This document shows positions 61,855 through 64,000 of a DNA stretch of 64,000 nt, in pieces. Both the position numbers and the translations under genes were made by a program. The stretch is from Camelus dromedarius (Eukaryota), in NCBI RefSeq assembly GCF_036321535.1, contig NC_087438.1, forward strand, positions 12,402,001-12,466,000, given 5' to 3'. Within the stretch, counting starts at the first letter, position 1. Every line of letters starts with the position of its first letter. Under the pieces are notes generated by a model. It was not told where the DNA came from. It saw only the letters and a list, made by a program, of their open reading frames with translations, and made no database searches.

Positions 61855-63240
61855 CCAGCCGTGATCTCTCCCTTTCCATTTCCAACTTTATTGAGCTGAG
61901 TCCTCTCCATTTGTTTCTTGATGAACCTGACCAAAGTTTCATCAATTTTGTTTATCATTTCAAAGAACCAGACCCTAGTTTCATTGATCTTTTCTATTAC
62001 TCCTTTAGTCACCACTTCATCCATTTCTGCTCTGATCTCCATGAGTTCCCTGCTTCTACCAACTCCGGGTTCTGTTCATTCTTCTTTTCCCAGCTGGCCC
62101 AGGGGTAAGGTAAGGGTGTGCATTTGAGACCCCTCCTGTTTCCTGAGGCAGGCCCTCATCACCACAGACTTACCCCTTAGAACTGCTTTTGCCGCATCCC
62201 AAAGGTTTTGGATTGTTGTGTTTTCGTTTTCATCTGTCTCAAGTATTTTTTGATTTCCTCTTTGATTTCTTCATGATCCACTAGTTGTTTAGTAGCATAT
62301 TGTTCAGCCTCCACGTGTTAGCAGTTTTTTTTCTTTTCCCTTGTAGTTGATTTCTAACCTCATATGTGTCAGTTAGGGCCTGTGTTTCCTCACTGATTTT
62401 CTGTCTGGATGATCTGTCCATTGATGTAAGGGGGGTGTTAAGGTCCCCCCTACATTATTGTGTTACTGTCAATTTCTCCTTTTATGTCTGTTAACAGTTG
62501 CCTTATATCTTGAGGTGCCCCTATGTTAGGTGCATATATATTTATAATTGTTATATTATCTTCTTGGATTGATCCCTTGAGCATTATGTATTATCTTTGT
62601 CTCTTGTAACAGTCTTTATTTCAAAGTTGATGTTGTCTCATATAAGTATTGCTACTCCAGCTTTCTTTTGGTTTCTCTTTGCATGGAATATTTTTTTCCA
62701 TCCCCTCACTTTCAATCTGCATGTGTCTCTAGCGCTGAAGTCGGTCTCTTGTAGATAGCATATATATGGGTTTTGTTTTTCTGTATCCATTCAGCCAGGC
62801 TGTCTCTTTTGGTTGGAGTGTTAAATTCATTTTCATTTAAGGTAATTATCGATACATATATTCTTATTGCCATTTTGTTAATTAATTTGGGTTTGTTTTG
62901 TAGGTCTTTTTTTCTCTTTCTTCTTTTTGTTCTCTTTTCTTGTGGTTTGATGACTAGAGAAGTTCCTTTAACATTTGTTGTAAAGCTGGTTTGGTGGTGC
63001 TGAATTCTTTTAGCTTTTGTTTTTCTGTGAAGCTTTTGATTTCTCCATCAAATCTGAATGAGAGCCTTGCTGGATAGAGTAAGCTTGGTTGTAAGAAGTT
63101 TTTCCCTTTCATCACTTTAAATATATCATGTCACTCCCTTCTGGCCTGTAGAGTTTCTGCTGAAAAATCGGCTGATAACCTTATGGGAGTTGCCTTGTAT
63201 GTTATGTATATTATTTGTTGCTTTTCTCTTGCTGATTTTA
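61855..63240 (-). mobile_element. Internal L1 fragment (ORF1 C-terminus, inter-ORF, ORF2 endonuclease region) with internal deletions and no 3' end
   Basis: ORF 61851-62042 (..IEKINETRVWFFEMINKID..) matches the L1 ORF2 IEKINETKSWFFEKINKID motif; tcttggattgatcccttga..., gagagccttgctggatagag...ccttctggcctgtagagtttctgctgaaaaatcggctgata. Confidence 0.93.
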
Positions 63241-63244
63241 GTAT

Positions 63245-63425
63245 TTTCTCCACTTACTCCTTGTACAACCTTGAGCAAGTCATTTGCTTTGTGCTTTGTC
63301 CTCACCCATAATAAAAGAACCTGCTGTCTACGGTTGTTGGGAGGATTAAATGAGTTAATGCATAGTGTGGCTAGGACATTGGCTGCCTGCAGTCAACACT
63401 CCATAAATATTAGCTCTTACTAGTA
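63245..63425 (+). mobile_element. MIR SINE
   Basis: ccacttact...accttgagcaagtcattt...ggttgttgggaggattaaatgagttaatgca...cataaatattagct. Confidence 0.8.
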
Positions 63426-63542
63426 GCAATTTGATGTAGGGTTATCTACAGCCAACATTCCTTGCTGAGACTACCAGGATTCTTATGTCCATGATGGCTT
63501 ATATCAGGACAAGAAACTGTTGTCCATTTCAGGGCTCTCTGA

Positions 63543-63946
63543 AGCAATTCTCAGTGTGTGGTCCCTGGACCAGTAGAACCAGCATCACCTGGGAACTTAT
63601 CAGAAACGTAAATTCTCAGGGCCCATCTCAAGTTTACTGAATCAGAGACTCTGCGGATGGGGACTTGCCAATGGTGTGCTGATAAAAGTTTAACAACTGG
63701 CTCATCAGGGGAAGATATGCCTGAGAGTTTGCTGATTCCCATGATTTAAATTCTCCCACTATGACTGATTTCAAGTTACCAAAGTGATGTTACAGAATGC
63801 ATTGCTATTGAGTTGGAAAGAGATACAGGCAATCAGCTCTCTCAAGGTGATTGAGGAACCCGCTCTGGCATGCTACCGGCCCAGAGAGCTGTGTTTCAAC
63901 AAGTTGTCTGGATGATTCTGATGCACCTTGGAATTCAAGCACTATC
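63543..63946. mobile_element. MER5A-like element split by a MER63A-like element (63668-63879)
   Basis: ttctcagtgtgtggtccctggaccag...catcacctgggaactt...actgaatcagagactctg, then ccaatggtgtgctgataaaagtttaacaactggctc...gatttcaagttacca...gagttggaaagagat, then gcccag...tgtgtttcaacaag...gatgattctgatgcac. Confidence 0.8.
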
Positions 63947-64000
63947 ACGCAGAAGAGCTTAGTCATCTAGAGTTTGGGGGAGAAAATGTGGCAGTGTGCC

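Noticed and set aside
1..64000. A novel multi-gene system (defence island, CRISPR, operon, retron)
   Set aside because: The window is eukaryotic repeat-rich DNA with no clustered intact ORFs; nothing in the sequence supports such a system.

Overview
This is mammalian genomic DNA, not prokaryotic. It is most likely camelid (alpaca/llama/camel), inferred from four copies of a tRNA-derived SINE (GGGGAGGGTATAGCTCAGTGGTAGAG...) and the style of the young L1 3' ends. The window is gene-poor and rich in interspersed repeats: L1, L2, MIR, MaLR/ERV solo LTRs, hAT-type MER elements and microsatellites. The only confidently identifiable gene-derived sequence is a full-length, disabled, intronless KARS1 (lysyl-tRNA synthetase) retrocopy on the minus strand (~55434-57584). 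It was copied from the exon-2-containing mitochondrial splice isoform and sits inside a nested stack (MER5B > L1MC > KARS1 retrocopy plus a second L1). Downstream (59.9-63.3 kb) is a rearranged block: a ~165 bp local duplication, an orphan polyadenylated 3'UTR-like fragment whose tail became a ~420 bp (GAAA)n array, and an L1 fragment whose terminal ~330 bp is heavily A>G-skewed. At 0.55-7.1 kb I can build a phase-consistent 5-exon, ~140 aa minus-strand ORF of unknown identity (low confidence). Other details are a twin-primed (5'-inverted) L1, tandem MER3 elements sharing an 8 bp spacer, a perfect 24 bp palindrome and two CTCF-like motifs. I find no CRISPR array, rRNA, true tRNA or convincing new multi-gene system. 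Repeat family names come from recalled consensus sequences, not a search, and many repeat boundaries are approximate.
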